Positions 38,476 to 47,855 of a DNA stretch of 64,000 nucleotides are shown here, one piece after another. The stretch lies in the IMG/VR virus record IMGVR_UViG_3300025073_000045, positions 1 to 64,000 of that record. One strand, given 5' to 3'. The position numbers were made by a program, and so were the translations under genes. Numbering within the stretch: the stretch's first letter is position 1; each line of letters begins with the position of its first letter. This DNA comes from an uncultured virus (IMG/VR IMGVR_UViG_3300025073_000045) (lineage: Duplodnaviria > Heunggongvirae > Uroviricota > Caudoviricetes). The notes under the pieces are model-generated. The model worked only from the letters and a program-made list of their open reading frames with translations. It had not been told where the DNA came from and searched no databases.

Positions 38476-38736
38476 ATGCATTACAGAAATGGCAGAGAAG
38501 CAAAAAATGGTGATAAAGTTGTATCACTTGCAGGTTATGGAAATAGTCCAGTAAATATCAATGCCATAGGCATTTTATTTGATGCTCAACCAGGAAATGA
38601 TTACTGCAATGGTAGCATAGCACCAATACTTGGTGGACCTGTTGTAGGTGCTTGTTTATGTGATTGCTTGCATTATGATGATGTTGCTGAACTTATAGCT
38701 TCTGCAGGCTTTGCTAAAAGACCAATTGGAAAGTAA
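38476..38736 (+). CDS. Small Cys-rich phage protein
   Basis: AGGAG RBS; MHYRNGREAKNGD...DYCNG...CLCDCLH. Confidence 0.75.
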   Translation: MHYRNGREAKNGDKVVSLAGYGNSPVNINAIGILFDAQPGNDYCNGSIAPILGGPVVGACLCDCLHYDDVAELIASAGFAKRPIGK

Positions 38737-38755
38737 ATTTTCAATTGATTGTTAT

Positions 38756-38803
38756 CTACAGAAAACTCCAGGTTTTGTTAGGATATATACCTGGAGTTTG
38801 TAG
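38756..38803. terminator. Probable bidirectional terminator at the convergence of the two arms
   Basis: Inverted repeat ctaca(ga)aaactccaggt ... acctggagtttgtag. Confidence 0.65.
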
Positions 38804-38848
38804 TGAATTGTATTGATAAATTTATTGTTAAATAAAATCCTGAAAACC

Positions 38849-39688
38849 TTAATTGAAAAGATTAACAATTCCTCTAGTTGCTTCAGCAGATTTTAAGATT
38901 TGTCTAAGGATAGAATTATAGATTTTAATGTTTCTATTTATCAGTCTATGGTCTACATCAAGACGAGCTTCAATATAAGCCCAAACATTATCACGATTAC
39001 CTTGAAATATAATTAGTGTAGGGCCATCATTTACTTGTAAACAATTAATACTATGGAGCCTAGATTTCTGATCTTCAACAACAGCTTTTTTAATAGCTTC
39101 AAAAACAGGATCTATATATCTTAATGTATTTCCAATCTTTCTAAAACCAATTTCTTCAGGACCTGATTGTTTCCCAATTAATTCTTTATCATTAATGTTC
39201 ATAGTCCCAATAATACCAGCTTGATTATTCTTAAGATTTAATTTATTAATTCCTTCTTTTGATAAGCTTAATTTTTTAATATCTTCGTCAGTTAATTTAC
39301 TGTTATCAACCTCAGTAGGCTCTATACCTCCAGCAATTCCTTTTACTTTTAGTTTATCATCAGATTTTACTTGTGTATTATCGAGTAACCCTGGTGTTAT
39401 AGAAAACCCAGTAGATCCTTTGAGATCATCGCCAATGAGAACTCTTTTTTTCAATTCTTCAAGATTTAGTTTATTAAGTTCTGTTTCTGGTAATGCAGAT
39501 AAATCATCTTCAGAATCAAATTGTGGTTTAATCTGAGGAACAATATCTTTTTGAATCTCTGTTAAAGGTAATGTTACTGAATCAGGTAAATTTGATCCTG
39601 CCTCATTTTGTGCATGTTGACTGCTAGCTTCATTAATTCCCCCTTTTTGAAGCTCTGGTTTTAAGAAATTCTTAGTTTGTTTGGCCAT
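38849..39688 (-). CDS. Hypothetical protein
   Basis: GAGG RBS before the ATG at 39688; low-complexity N-terminal half. Confidence 0.65.
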   Translation of the reverse strand: MAKQTKNFLKPELQKGGINEASSQHAQNEAGSNLPDSVTLPLTEIQKDIVPQIKPQFDSEDDLSALPETELNKLNLEELKKRVLIGDDLKGSTGFSITPGLLDNTQVKSDDKLKVKGIAGGIEPTEVDNSKLTDEDIKKLSLSKEGINKLNLKNNQAGIIGTMNINDKELIGKQSGPEEIGFRKIGNTLRYIDPVFEAIKKAVVEDQKSRLHSINCLQVNDGPTLIIFQGNRDNVWAYIEARLDVDHRLINRNIKIYNSILRQILKSAEATRGIVNLFN

Positions 39689-39699
39689 TTCTTTGGTCC

Positions 39700-41871
39700 T
39701 CAATTAGTTTCAATCTTGATATTAGAAATATGATTCTTTCGGCTAACTATTATTCTATGCTCAAAAGAATTTTTTAGATTAATATCGTGAGAAATCACTA
39801 GTTTCAGCCCGCTAATATCACGTAGGATATCAAAGAACCGATCCTGCCCTGTAGCATCAAGTCCATCTAATACTTCATCCCAAAGAGTAAAACCAAAGTC
39901 CATGTTTGAGTTACGATTTAATTCTCTTAAGGCTAATCCTGCTGATAATGAAATGCGATTTGATTGACCATATGAAAAGAGTTCAAGAACACGTTGTACT
40001 CCAGAATCTTCAATAAGATCTAAATCTAATTCACTATTATTAACATCAAGTTTATAATTAACTTCAATATTAGTACCTAACTTGCTTAAAAAATCATTTG
40101 TAATTTGCTCTAACATTGGTTCAGTTTCAAGTAACTCAATATTCTTTATAGTTTTAAATCCATTTACCCAATATTCATACATTTCAAGCTTTATATGTTT
40201 TTCTGCAACTTTAGTTTGTATTTCAAAAATCTGATTTGATACTTTATTATACATATCAATCTGATTTTGCATTGTTTGTAACTTCAATTCAAGAATTCTT
40301 AATTCATTATTCTTTTCATTTAAATCACTCATTTTATAAAATGATTCAGTAAGGTGTGAACTCTCATTTATAACTTTATTAAGTTCATCTAATTTTTCTG
40401 TATACTCAGAATAAGTTGAATACTCTTTTAATGTTTTATCAATACTATAAGAACCTGTTGCATCTTTTACAATAACACCTTCTTCTTGTTCTGTTAAATG
40501 TGTATCAATAATATTTAGTATAACTCTTGAATTATGTTTCAAACTTTCAAGTCTTGTTGAAGTTTCAACTACTTTATCACGTTTTGATTTTATTTCTATT
40601 CTATACTTAACAATATTAGAAAGATTTTCATTAATTTCTTTTATCTTTAATTCTATTTGTGTCATATCAGTTTTATAATCTAACATGAATTGAGCTAATT
40701 TTGATTTATTAACTACTGATAAAACATTTTCTTTAAGTAATAATTCTGATTTACATTTTGGACATGAGAGATAATTACCAGAATTAATATGGTCTATTTT
40801 CTCACTTAATTCATTAGCTCTTTTTTCAAGAGTACTTATTTCTACTTTATATTCTGTATACTGAGTTTCAAGCTCTTTTAACTTGATATCATATACTTCT
40901 TTAGTTTCAATTTTTTTATTGCTTGAAAGCTCATTTATTAACTTTTCATTTGAATCAAATTCTTTTTTCTTTGAGTTTAATAACCAGCAAATCTTTTCAA
41001 TATCGTTCACATAAGCATCAACTCTTGATTTAATTTCTCCTAATTCTAATTTTAAGCTAGAAACTTTCCTTTGAGCTTTATTATATTCTTCACCTTGTTT
41101 CAAATCTTGTTCAATAACATCAATCTTAATCTTTACTCCATTGATAGTACTAACTATCACTTTCATTTCTTTTTTAATTACTTTTTCATCAAAATCTTTT
41201 GATAATTGGTTTGTAAGAACAGTTAAATTATTTTCAAGTAACATAATCTCATCAGAGATTTTTTTCTTATCAATATTTGACAATTCAGATGCATAATCCA
41301 TAATTTCAAGTTTTCTAAATCTTGATATCATTGAGCATCTGTCTTTAGATGAAAAATTTTTTGAAGCAAAACCTTTAGTAGTTTCGCCAGTAAAATAAGT
41401 ATGGTTTAAAAAATCACTGAAATAAACTTTCTTTTTACCTCCAATACCTAATATCTGGAATAGCTTTTCACGTTTTTGAGAATCAGTATTAGATTTCCAT
41501 TCTACACCATCAATTTCAAGATACAGTCGTTTTGAATCTTTCCTAGTCCTAACACTTTTAAAAACAACATCATTACCAATATCAGAGATAAAATTTACAG
41601 TAACTTCTACTCTATCACACTGATCATTAATTATATCTATTTTTCCAATTGTAGAATCTCTATCAGACTGGATTGGAACTTTATCAAAATAGCACCAAGT
41701 AATTGTATTTAAGAGTGTTGATTTACCCGATGCATTAGAATCATAGCCTACAGCATCCTCATTTGTACCAAAAATTCCAATAATGGCATTTTCTGGAAAC
41801 ATTGTAAAATCAATAAATTGCCTTGTTTTAAAAAGACCAAATCCTTCAAAAGCTAAACTTTTTAATTTCAT
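39700..41871 (-). CDS. SbcC/Rad50/gp46-like ATPase
   Basis: Walker A NASGKST, coiled coil with CPKC zinc hook, signature FSYGQ, Walker B LWDEVLDGLD, VISHD. Confidence 0.9.
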   Translation of the reverse strand: MKLKSLAFEGFGLFKTRQFIDFTMFPENAIIGIFGTNEDAVGYDSNASGKSTLLNTITWCYFDKVPIQSDRDSTIGKIDIINDQCDRVEVTVNFISDIGNDVVFKSVRTRKDSKRLYLEIDGVEWKSNTDSQKREKLFQILGIGGKKKVYFSDFLNHTYFTGETTKGFASKNFSSKDRCSMISRFRKLEIMDYASELSNIDKKKISDEIMLLENNLTVLTNQLSKDFDEKVIKKEMKVIVSTINGVKIKIDVIEQDLKQGEEYNKAQRKVSSLKLELGEIKSRVDAYVNDIEKICWLLNSKKKEFDSNEKLINELSSNKKIETKEVYDIKLKELETQYTEYKVEISTLEKRANELSEKIDHINSGNYLSCPKCKSELLLKENVLSVVNKSKLAQFMLDYKTDMTQIELKIKEINENLSNIVKYRIEIKSKRDKVVETSTRLESLKHNSRVILNIIDTHLTEQEEGVIVKDATGSYSIDKTLKEYSTYSEYTEKLDELNKVINESSHLTESFYKMSDLNEKNNELRILELKLQTMQNQIDMYNKVSNQIFEIQTKVAEKHIKLEMYEYWVNGFKTIKNIELLETEPMLEQITNDFLSKLGTNIEVNYKLDVNNSELDLDLIEDSGVQRVLELFSYGQSNRISLSAGLALRELNRNSNMDFGFTLWDEVLDGLDATGQDRFFDILRDISGLKLVISHDINLKNSFEHRIIVSRKNHISNIKIETN

Positions 41872-42149
41872 AAAAATTGCTCCAAATACTTTATTGGGTC
41901 TTTATATAATACCATCTTTTTTAAATGATATTCCCATTCTTGTTCTGTGAACTGTAATCCTTGTTCACCATACTTTGTTGTATCATGTAAATTTGTTCCC
42001 CAAAAAGCTTTTGCAAAATCATGTGAAAAGATTAATGGAATATGAGAATGATGATCATCTATATCACATAATAAATCATCTTCATCTAATAAAGTATTAT
42101 TTTCACAAGCTTTTTTAACTATTAATTTTAGTAATTTAGATTTCTTCAT
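41868..42149 (-). CDS. Hypothetical phage protein
   Basis: IFSHDFAKAFWG...W.YHL..MV motif; overlaps its neighbours. Confidence 0.65.
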   Translation of the reverse strand: MKKSKLLKLIVKKACENNTLLDEDDLLCDIDDHHSHIPLIFSHDFAKAFWGTNLHDTTKYGEQGLQFTEQEWEYHLKKMVLYKDPIKYLEQFL

Positions 42150-42340
42150 GATGCTCCTCTACGACGTTTAGAAGGTATTGGTATTCTTGATTTGCTCATA
42201 ATCTGTTTAGGGTTACCATTAATAGATCGATCTTTAATTATACTACTTATAATATTTTTTGAATCCCATCCTAATTCTTCACATCTTTCTTCAAAACTCA
42301 CATTAAAAGCTTTAACTTCTGCTCCTTTTTGCCTGCCCAT
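42146..42340 (-). CDS. Hypothetical protein
   Basis: Fills the gap in the operon; ATGA overlap. Confidence 0.55.
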   Translation of the reverse strand: MGRQKGAEVKAFNVSFEERCEELGWDSKNIISSIIKDRSINGNPKQIMSKSRIPIPSKRRRGAS

Positions 42341-42341
42341 A

Positions 42342-43430
42342 TTAAGATCCTTCCATGAATTTATTCTCTGCCTGAGTGTATATCTTTAAACCATAATCTA
42401 TCCATGATTTATCTACATCTTTTGAGAATTTTTTAAGCCTGTCAAGTCTATTAGTTGAATTAAGTATAGCTTCTTGTGTAGCATTTTCAATATTTTGTTT
42501 CAAAATCTTTTTATCAATTATAAGTTTTAATGGATTTAATGCATGAAATACTTCATATACAACCGGCCTACTTTGGCGAACCCAATGAACATCTCCTTCT
42601 AGAATAATCTTTATAAGAGAACCTTCTTTTATTTGCTCTTGTTCAAGCCAGGCCTCAATTTCTTCTGCATTTTGTTCATTAATTGTTATAACATATGCTT
42701 TACGTTCTTCAAGATTAATAAATTCTGCTTTATTTGAAGAATAATCATAGATTATAAATCCTTTTGCAACTCCTAATTCTGAAAAATCTTTTATAATTGG
42801 GCTACCAACATATGTTACTTTTTTTATAATCTGGTATCTGTGATAATGTCCCATAAATGTATGTCTAAATTTATCAAACATTCCTGCAGGAAATCCTCCC
42901 GTGAGTACATATTCAGTTGAAGCAACCGCACCTGAAATTTCATGATGTGCAAGGCAAAGAATATTTTTATTAGCTTCAATAACTGCTGTCTCAACAGATG
43001 CGCCATCAATTGTCCAAGGTATAACTAATATTTCATCCCCTTTTATACCCAGAGAAAGAGTTTTAATTTTATCAATAATATGAATTGGAGGATTTTCAAC
43101 TTCCTCCATTAATAATTGTTCAGATAAATAGTTGTTTGTGAAGTCTGCTCCATCATGGTTTCCTACTATTATATGCAACCCAATCTTATAGAAATAAGGT
43201 TTAAGAGTTTCATAAAAAGCTTTTTTCAATCTATCTGGTGGGTTTAACTTATCAAATATATCACCAATTAAAAAGAATACCTCACAACCTCTTTCTACTG
43301 AAATATTTAATGCTTTATCAAGAGCTTTTAATTTATCAAGTGTTCTGATTGAAAGACCAGAAGCCCCATCAATAGGTGATAAATTATCACTTGTTGCTAA
43401 GTGTATATCTGCTATGAAACCATATTTCAT
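42342..43430 (-). CDS. SbcD/Mre11/gp47-like metallophosphoesterase nuclease
   Basis: ADIH, GDIFD, GNHD, AHH, GHYH, YVGSP motifs. Confidence 0.92.
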   Translation of the reverse strand: MKYGFIADIHLATSDNLSPIDGASGLSIRTLDKLKALDKALNISVERGCEVFFLIGDIFDKLNPPDRLKKAFYETLKPYFYKIGLHIIVGNHDGADFTNNYLSEQLLMEEVENPPIHIIDKIKTLSLGIKGDEILVIPWTIDGASVETAVIEANKNILCLAHHEISGAVASTEYVLTGGFPAGMFDKFRHTFMGHYHRYQIIKKVTYVGSPIIKDFSELGVAKGFIIYDYSSNKAEFINLEERKAYVITINEQNAEEIEAWLEQEQIKEGSLIKIILEGDVHWVRQSRPVVYEVFHALNPLKLIIDKKILKQNIENATQEAILNSTNRLDRLKKFSKDVDKSWIDYGLKIYTQAENKFMEGS

Positions 43431-43753
43431 TACTTAATCTCCACTTCAATAGATTCAATATGATCTTTCTCACCTTTACCCATAAGATAAAAATCTTTAA
43501 TAATCTCTTTAAGTTCCCCTGGTGTAAGTATGATTAATGCCGTAGAATAAGTTAATTCTTGTATTCTAGGATTTGGTATACATATGTCTTTATCAAAATG
43601 CTTTTCAATAAAGTCTACTAATGCATATTTATGTTTAGCTCTCATCATGCTATCAAATGCCGGAGTTTGTTCATATGCACTTAGTTTAGTCATACCTGTA
43701 TGGAGAATGAACTTATTTTTTTCTTCAAGCCTAATTCCAATTTTTTCACTCAT
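43430..43753 (-). CDS. Hypothetical protein
   Basis: GAGG RBS before MSEKIG. Confidence 0.6.
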   Translation of the reverse strand: MSEKIGIRLEEKNKFILHTGMTKLSAYEQTPAFDSMMRAKHKYALVDFIEKHFDKDICIPNPRIQELTYSTALIILTPGELKEIIKDFYLMGKGEKDHIESIEVEIK

Positions 43754-43907
43754 GATAACCTCTATTATGTAATATAGCAAGTGTACACAAAACTAATGTA
43801 GCAACTATTATTTTTGTGTCATCAGAAATATCTTTTGCATATGAAGTTAAAAATGATGCAACAATTAAAACTGAAGATAGCATAATACGCCTAATATGTT
43901 TTTTCAT
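43746..43907 (-). CDS. Small two-TM membrane protein
   Basis: ATGA overlap with the resolvase stop; two hydrophobic stretches. Confidence 0.5.
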   Translation of the reverse strand: MKKHIRRIMLSSVLIVASFLTSYAKDISDDTKIIVATLVLCTLAILHNRGYHE

Positions 43908-44587
43908 AACTTTATTCCTGGTTTTCTTACAATTGCAAGACCTAGACATATTGCATCAGCAATGTCATCGTCTTTCTTTTTTAGGGTTAATCCATATAAT
44001 CTATTAACATAATCAATAGTTACTTTTTTAGCATTTCTAATAACCTCAACCCCTTTAAATGATACTTCTTCTCCAGCAGCTTTTCTTTCTTTAAGTTCTG
44101 CCCTTAATTTTCTTGCTGACTTATTTGATTTTCTTTCTTCTTTTCCAACCCTAATACCTAAAATATTTCTCCATTCCATTGTATCTAAGTAATAGAGTTT
44201 AATTTCATCTATACTCCCATCTTCTTTTAGTGGTATTGCATTATCATTTTCATTTATGCTCATGATTCTCCAGATCAGTTCTCTATGCATCCATTCAAGT
44301 AATTTCTGTCTCCAACGATCTCTTCCTTTGTTAGTCTGCTCAACCACAATAATATTAGGTCTTTCTTTTAATATAAAAGCCTCAATTGGGTCCATTTGTG
44401 CGTCAATGAAATTGATGAAGTCAAGTGGATGTTCTAAACCGGGCTTATATCTTTTATGAAGAGGTGAAGCTTTTGACATGTCAAAAACGCCTTTATTAAT
44501 AAGAGTAAGCTCAAAATCTTCATTAAAATTATAATTAAATACAGCAAATCCTGTTTTAGAAGCAATATCTAAACAAAGAATTTTCAT
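43904..44587 (-). CDS. RuvC-like Holliday junction resolvase
   Basis: ILCLDIASKTGFA, IVVEQ, W, DDIADAICLG. Confidence 0.8.
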   Translation of the reverse strand: MKILCLDIASKTGFAVFNYNFNEDFELTLINKGVFDMSKASPLHKRYKPGLEHPLDFINFIDAQMDPIEAFILKERPNIIVVEQTNKGRDRWRQKLLEWMHRELIWRIMSINENDNAIPLKEDGSIDEIKLYYLDTMEWRNILGIRVGKEERKSNKSARKLRAELKERKAAGEEVSFKGVEVIRNAKKVTIDYVNRLYGLTLKKKDDDIADAICLGLAIVRKPGIKL

Positions 44588-44599
44588 AAAAAGTCCTTA

Positions 44600-44629
44600 T
44601 AAATAAAGAGCCAGTAGAAATACTGGCTC
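44600..44629 (-). terminator. Rho-independent terminator after recA
   Basis: Stem gagccagta/tactggctc with a 4-nt loop and a T-rich tail on the - strand. Confidence 0.75.
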
Positions 44630-44635
44630 AATTGA

Positions 44636-45607
44636 TTATTCTACGTCTTCCATATCAGCATCATTTGCAGCTGATTTATCAAACTCTTCAAGACGCCCAT
44701 TTGAATAAAGCATAAATAAAGCTGCTCCATTAGGAGGTGCACATTTGTTTTTATCGGCTTTAATCTCAACCAATTTATACTCATGACGTCCCCATTTATC
44801 TTTCTTTTTAGAACGTTTTTTGTGAGTAATCCTTAGTCTTATAGAAGCGTCAAATTTACCAGAATCACCACCAGAAGTTGTCGTAGAATCTCCAAATGAT
44901 TGTCCAGGACGTGTCTTCATGTGATTAATCATGATAAGAGTAGTAATTTTATCAGTTAATTTATGAAGAAACTTATTAGGTTTACCATTAATCTGGTAAA
45001 TCTTATCAGCTTCAATCATATTTTCTTGATTATAAGTACCATCTTTTTTAGATGTACCAGGTTTACCAATGAAATAGCCACTTCTGAGTTGTGAGTAAAA
45101 TCCAGTTAACAAACTAGCTCTTTGTAGTTTTTCATTCATATTTAAACCGTCAGCATTATCAACAACTGAAGCTCCTTCTGGCATGATTGCAGCAACAGAA
45201 TCAATTACGTATAAATTAAAAGCATTTGTAGCAATAGCTAACTGACATTGAAATAAACAATCATTCCCAGTTGAAGAATCTATCATTACTAATTCAGATC
45301 TATCTAAACCGGCGCCATCAGTGTATTTTGCTTCCATGAAAGAACCTTCTCTATCATCAAAAGCACAAAGTAATCCTTGTTTCTGGAACTCAGCAATTAA
45401 ATTAATTGCAACAGTTGTCTTTCCTGCTGAAGGTGGAGCATATAGCTCAATTGAACGTCCTACTGGAATCCCGCCACAACCTAAAACTATATCATTCAGA
45501 GATGGCCATCTAGTCTTTATAACCTGTACAGGTACTGATTCATTAGCTACTCTATAAGTAGGAAACAATTCTCTAAGACCATCCCTTAATTCTTTATTCA
45601 AAGCCAT
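44636..45607 (-). CDS. recA: RecA/UvsX-like recombinase
   Basis: LGCGGIPVGRSIELYAPPSAGKTT, VIDSVAA, TTSGG..KF.AS.RL, KNKCAPP. Confidence 0.9.
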   Translation of the reverse strand: MALNKELRDGLRELFPTYRVANESVPVQVIKTRWPSLNDIVLGCGGIPVGRSIELYAPPSAGKTTVAINLIAEFQKQGLLCAFDDREGSFMEAKYTDGAGLDRSELVMIDSSTGNDCLFQCQLAIATNAFNLYVIDSVAAIMPEGASVVDNADGLNMNEKLQRASLLTGFYSQLRSGYFIGKPGTSKKDGTYNQENMIEADKIYQINGKPNKFLHKLTDKITTLIMINHMKTRPGQSFGDSTTTSGGDSGKFDASIRLRITHKKRSKKKDKWGRHEYKLVEIKADKNKCAPPNGAALFMLYSNGRLEEFDKSAANDADMEDVE

Positions 45608-45616
45608 ATAAGTTCC

Positions 45617-46744
45617 TTATAGATTGTTTTTCTTTAATCCACCTAAAGTACGTTTCTTAGGTGCTTCATCAGCCGGTTTTGGTTCAATTTTAGTTTTTGT
45701 TTCTACTTCAGCTGGTGGAGTTTCAGATTTAACATCAGTATAAACTGCGTCAACAACATTCTCTTCAGCTGGAGTCTCTTTTTTACTTAACGAAAGTCTT
45801 CTTGGAGATTCATCACCGGATGTTTTAATGGATGATTGAGCACCAACCTTAACCTTTGAAGTTGAATCTTTAAAGTCAAATTTAACAGTGGGAAGACCTA
45901 AAGTTTTGATTTGTTCTTCAAATTCTGGGACTTGTGGATAGAAAAAATCTGCTGAATTAACTTTCAAACCCTTGAGATTCATTGGAAATTTCATCAATTT
46001 CTCTTTGATTTCAAGTTCATTCATTGGTTTAATAATCTCATCTAAATCAATTTCACAAGAATTGATAGCATTAATTTCATCTTCAGTGAAGATTTTTTCA
46101 ACACCTAGACTGTCAATGATTTCTTCAGATGTAGCATTTAACCAATCAGCAGGAATTTGACTTTTCCATTGATTATCATATACAGATACTGTATATTTGG
46201 TACCAAATTTCTTAGGTTTAGTTGGGTCAACGCTCTTGTTAATAAGGATTGGATACAAGAAGAAAGGACCATTAAGTAGGAAAGTAGGATCAAGTGGATC
46301 AAGTGATTCTTCAAGACTTTTGATATCATCTCTGATACCTTTTGTAGCCTTGAAAGCTCTTACTTTCTTTTCTCCACGTTCTTGAAGATTTAATGCAAAG
46401 AACCACCATCTGAGCTGTGGTTTCCAACCTACTTCTCCTTTATCACCTAATCCTGAGCGGATTATAGATTCAATTGAGAAGAGAGTATCAACTACTCCAC
46501 CTGATTCAAGAAAATTAAGAGCAATCAATGTAGGAGCATAAAACTTCTCATTATTCTCTTCTGTTTCTTTAATAGAAGGATAGAAAACTGTCTTAATCTT
46601 GAAAGGGCCTTGAACAATACGAAGAAGGTTATTACCCTCAGCAAGTTTAATCTGATCATCAAGATAATTTTCGGGTTCTTGATTCATTTCCCGTTGTTGT
46701 GCTGTAGTACCAATGGTCATACGTTTTTTTACTGGTTCTGGCAT
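45617..46744 (-). CDS. Putative gp32-like single-stranded DNA-binding protein
   Basis: IKLAEGNNLLRIV, P..RW, GTKYTV; disordered C-terminal tail; next to recA; GGAGG RBS. Confidence 0.6.
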   Translation of the reverse strand: MPEPVKKRMTIGTTAQQREMNQEPENYLDDQIKLAEGNNLLRIVQGPFKIKTVFYPSIKETEENNEKFYAPTLIALNFLESGGVVDTLFSIESIIRSGLGDKGEVGWKPQLRWWFFALNLQERGEKKVRAFKATKGIRDDIKSLEESLDPLDPTFLLNGPFFLYPILINKSVDPTKPKKFGTKYTVSVYDNQWKSQIPADWLNATSEEIIDSLGVEKIFTEDEINAINSCEIDLDEIIKPMNELEIKEKLMKFPMNLKGLKVNSADFFYPQVPEFEEQIKTLGLPTVKFDFKDSTSKVKVGAQSSIKTSGDESPRRLSLSKKETPAEENVVDAVYTDVKSETPPAEVETKTKIEPKPADEAPKKRTLGGLKKNNL

Positions 46745-46850
46745 TTAAGGCCTCCTTTTGATTGTTAGTTATTCAAGATAAAGAATAATAATACTAGTGT
46801 TAAACAGATATAAACTCTTATCTTTATTTCTGCAAACCTGAATATTAAAG

Positions 46851-46878
46851 TAAGAAATAAGAAATAAGAAATAAGAAT
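46851..46878. repeat. (TAAGAAA)3-TAAGAAT tandem repeat in an AT-rich intergenic region
   Basis: Read directly from the sequence; adjacent palindrome AAAACTAGTTTT at 46882-46893. Confidence 0.85.
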
Positions 46879-46919
46879 ATTAAAACTAGTTTTCCTGCTG
46901 GGTCTCTCATATAGAATTC

Positions 46920-47210
46920 TTATTTATTATGATTTAAGCAATTTGCACATGAAATTATTTTTGCACCTGTAGTTGTAAACTCATCAATATGATCATCAAA
47001 TACACAAAAGTAACCATAACCATCATGAGCTGTTAGTTTTTGTCTCCTTGCATATTTGCATTCAAAATTAATATTTTTAGCTGTAACAGAGAAAGGTGCA
47101 CCAAGAACTTTATCTCTTCTGTCTAAAAGAGTAAAAAAGTTTTGTATCTTGAAGATTGGTTTAAACTTTTCAAGGTCTAATAAATACTGGTCTACACTAG
47201 ATTGAGCCAT
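46920..47210 (-). CDS. Small Cys-containing protein
   Basis: ATG at 47210; C...C...CxxC. Confidence 0.55.
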   Translation of the reverse strand: MAQSSVDQYLLDLEKFKPIFKIQNFFTLLDRRDKVLGAPFSVTAKNINFECKYARRQKLTAHDGYGYFCVFDDHIDEFTTTGAKIISCANCLNHNK

Positions 47211-47778
47211 CTTTACCTTTTCCCTTTTTAGTAAAATATCTTCTATCAAGCATGCCTTCTAAAATCTTAACTCTTTCAGCAAGAATGAATTGAAGTCCTT
47301 TTATTCTATGAAGTGAATTTTTATAGTTTCCTATTAATTTCTTTTGTTTTAAGAAAGTTTTTCCTTCTTCGGTCATGATGAATTGATTATAAATCATTTT
47401 ATCAGTAGGTTTCGTAAAAGTTGAGGCTAGTTGATTCATTTTGAAAGCTTTAGCAGATTCCATTTCATCTATTAGTTCTTCAATTAGCTCTGCTAAATCA
47501 GCTTCAGATGCTGTCATAGTATATCTTATAGCACTGATTTCTTCTGCTTTTTTCTCAAGGTCAACATCAGAATCTCTATTCATATTACCAATTCTAAGGT
47601 AATTTTCAATATCCATTTCATAATCATTACCATCAAGATATAAATGGAGCTTACTTAAATTATGAGTAGCAAATAATTCTTCAATATTTACTGGCTTAAG
47701 CTTAATAGTAGAGATATCATCAGGTTGGTTTTTCAAAGCCCCAAAACGAAAAGTATTTATACTTCTTTGTTGACTCAT
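47197..47778 (-). CDS. Helical protein, possibly a UvsY-like recombination mediator
   Basis: Coiled-coil character; located near the SSB and recA genes. Confidence 0.4.
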   Translation of the reverse strand: MSQQRSINTFRFGALKNQPDDISTIKLKPVNIEELFATHNLSKLHLYLDGNDYEMDIENYLRIGNMNRDSDVDLEKKAEEISAIRYTMTASEADLAELIEELIDEMESAKAFKMNQLASTFTKPTDKMIYNQFIMTEEGKTFLKQKKLIGNYKNSLHRIKGLQFILAERVKILEGMLDRRYFTKKGKGKDGSI

Positions 47779-47855
47779 TAGTTTATATCCAGCTTATACC
47801 CAATTTATACTAAATTTATAATTAATTGTAGAAAAAAATTGACAAAATAAATATA

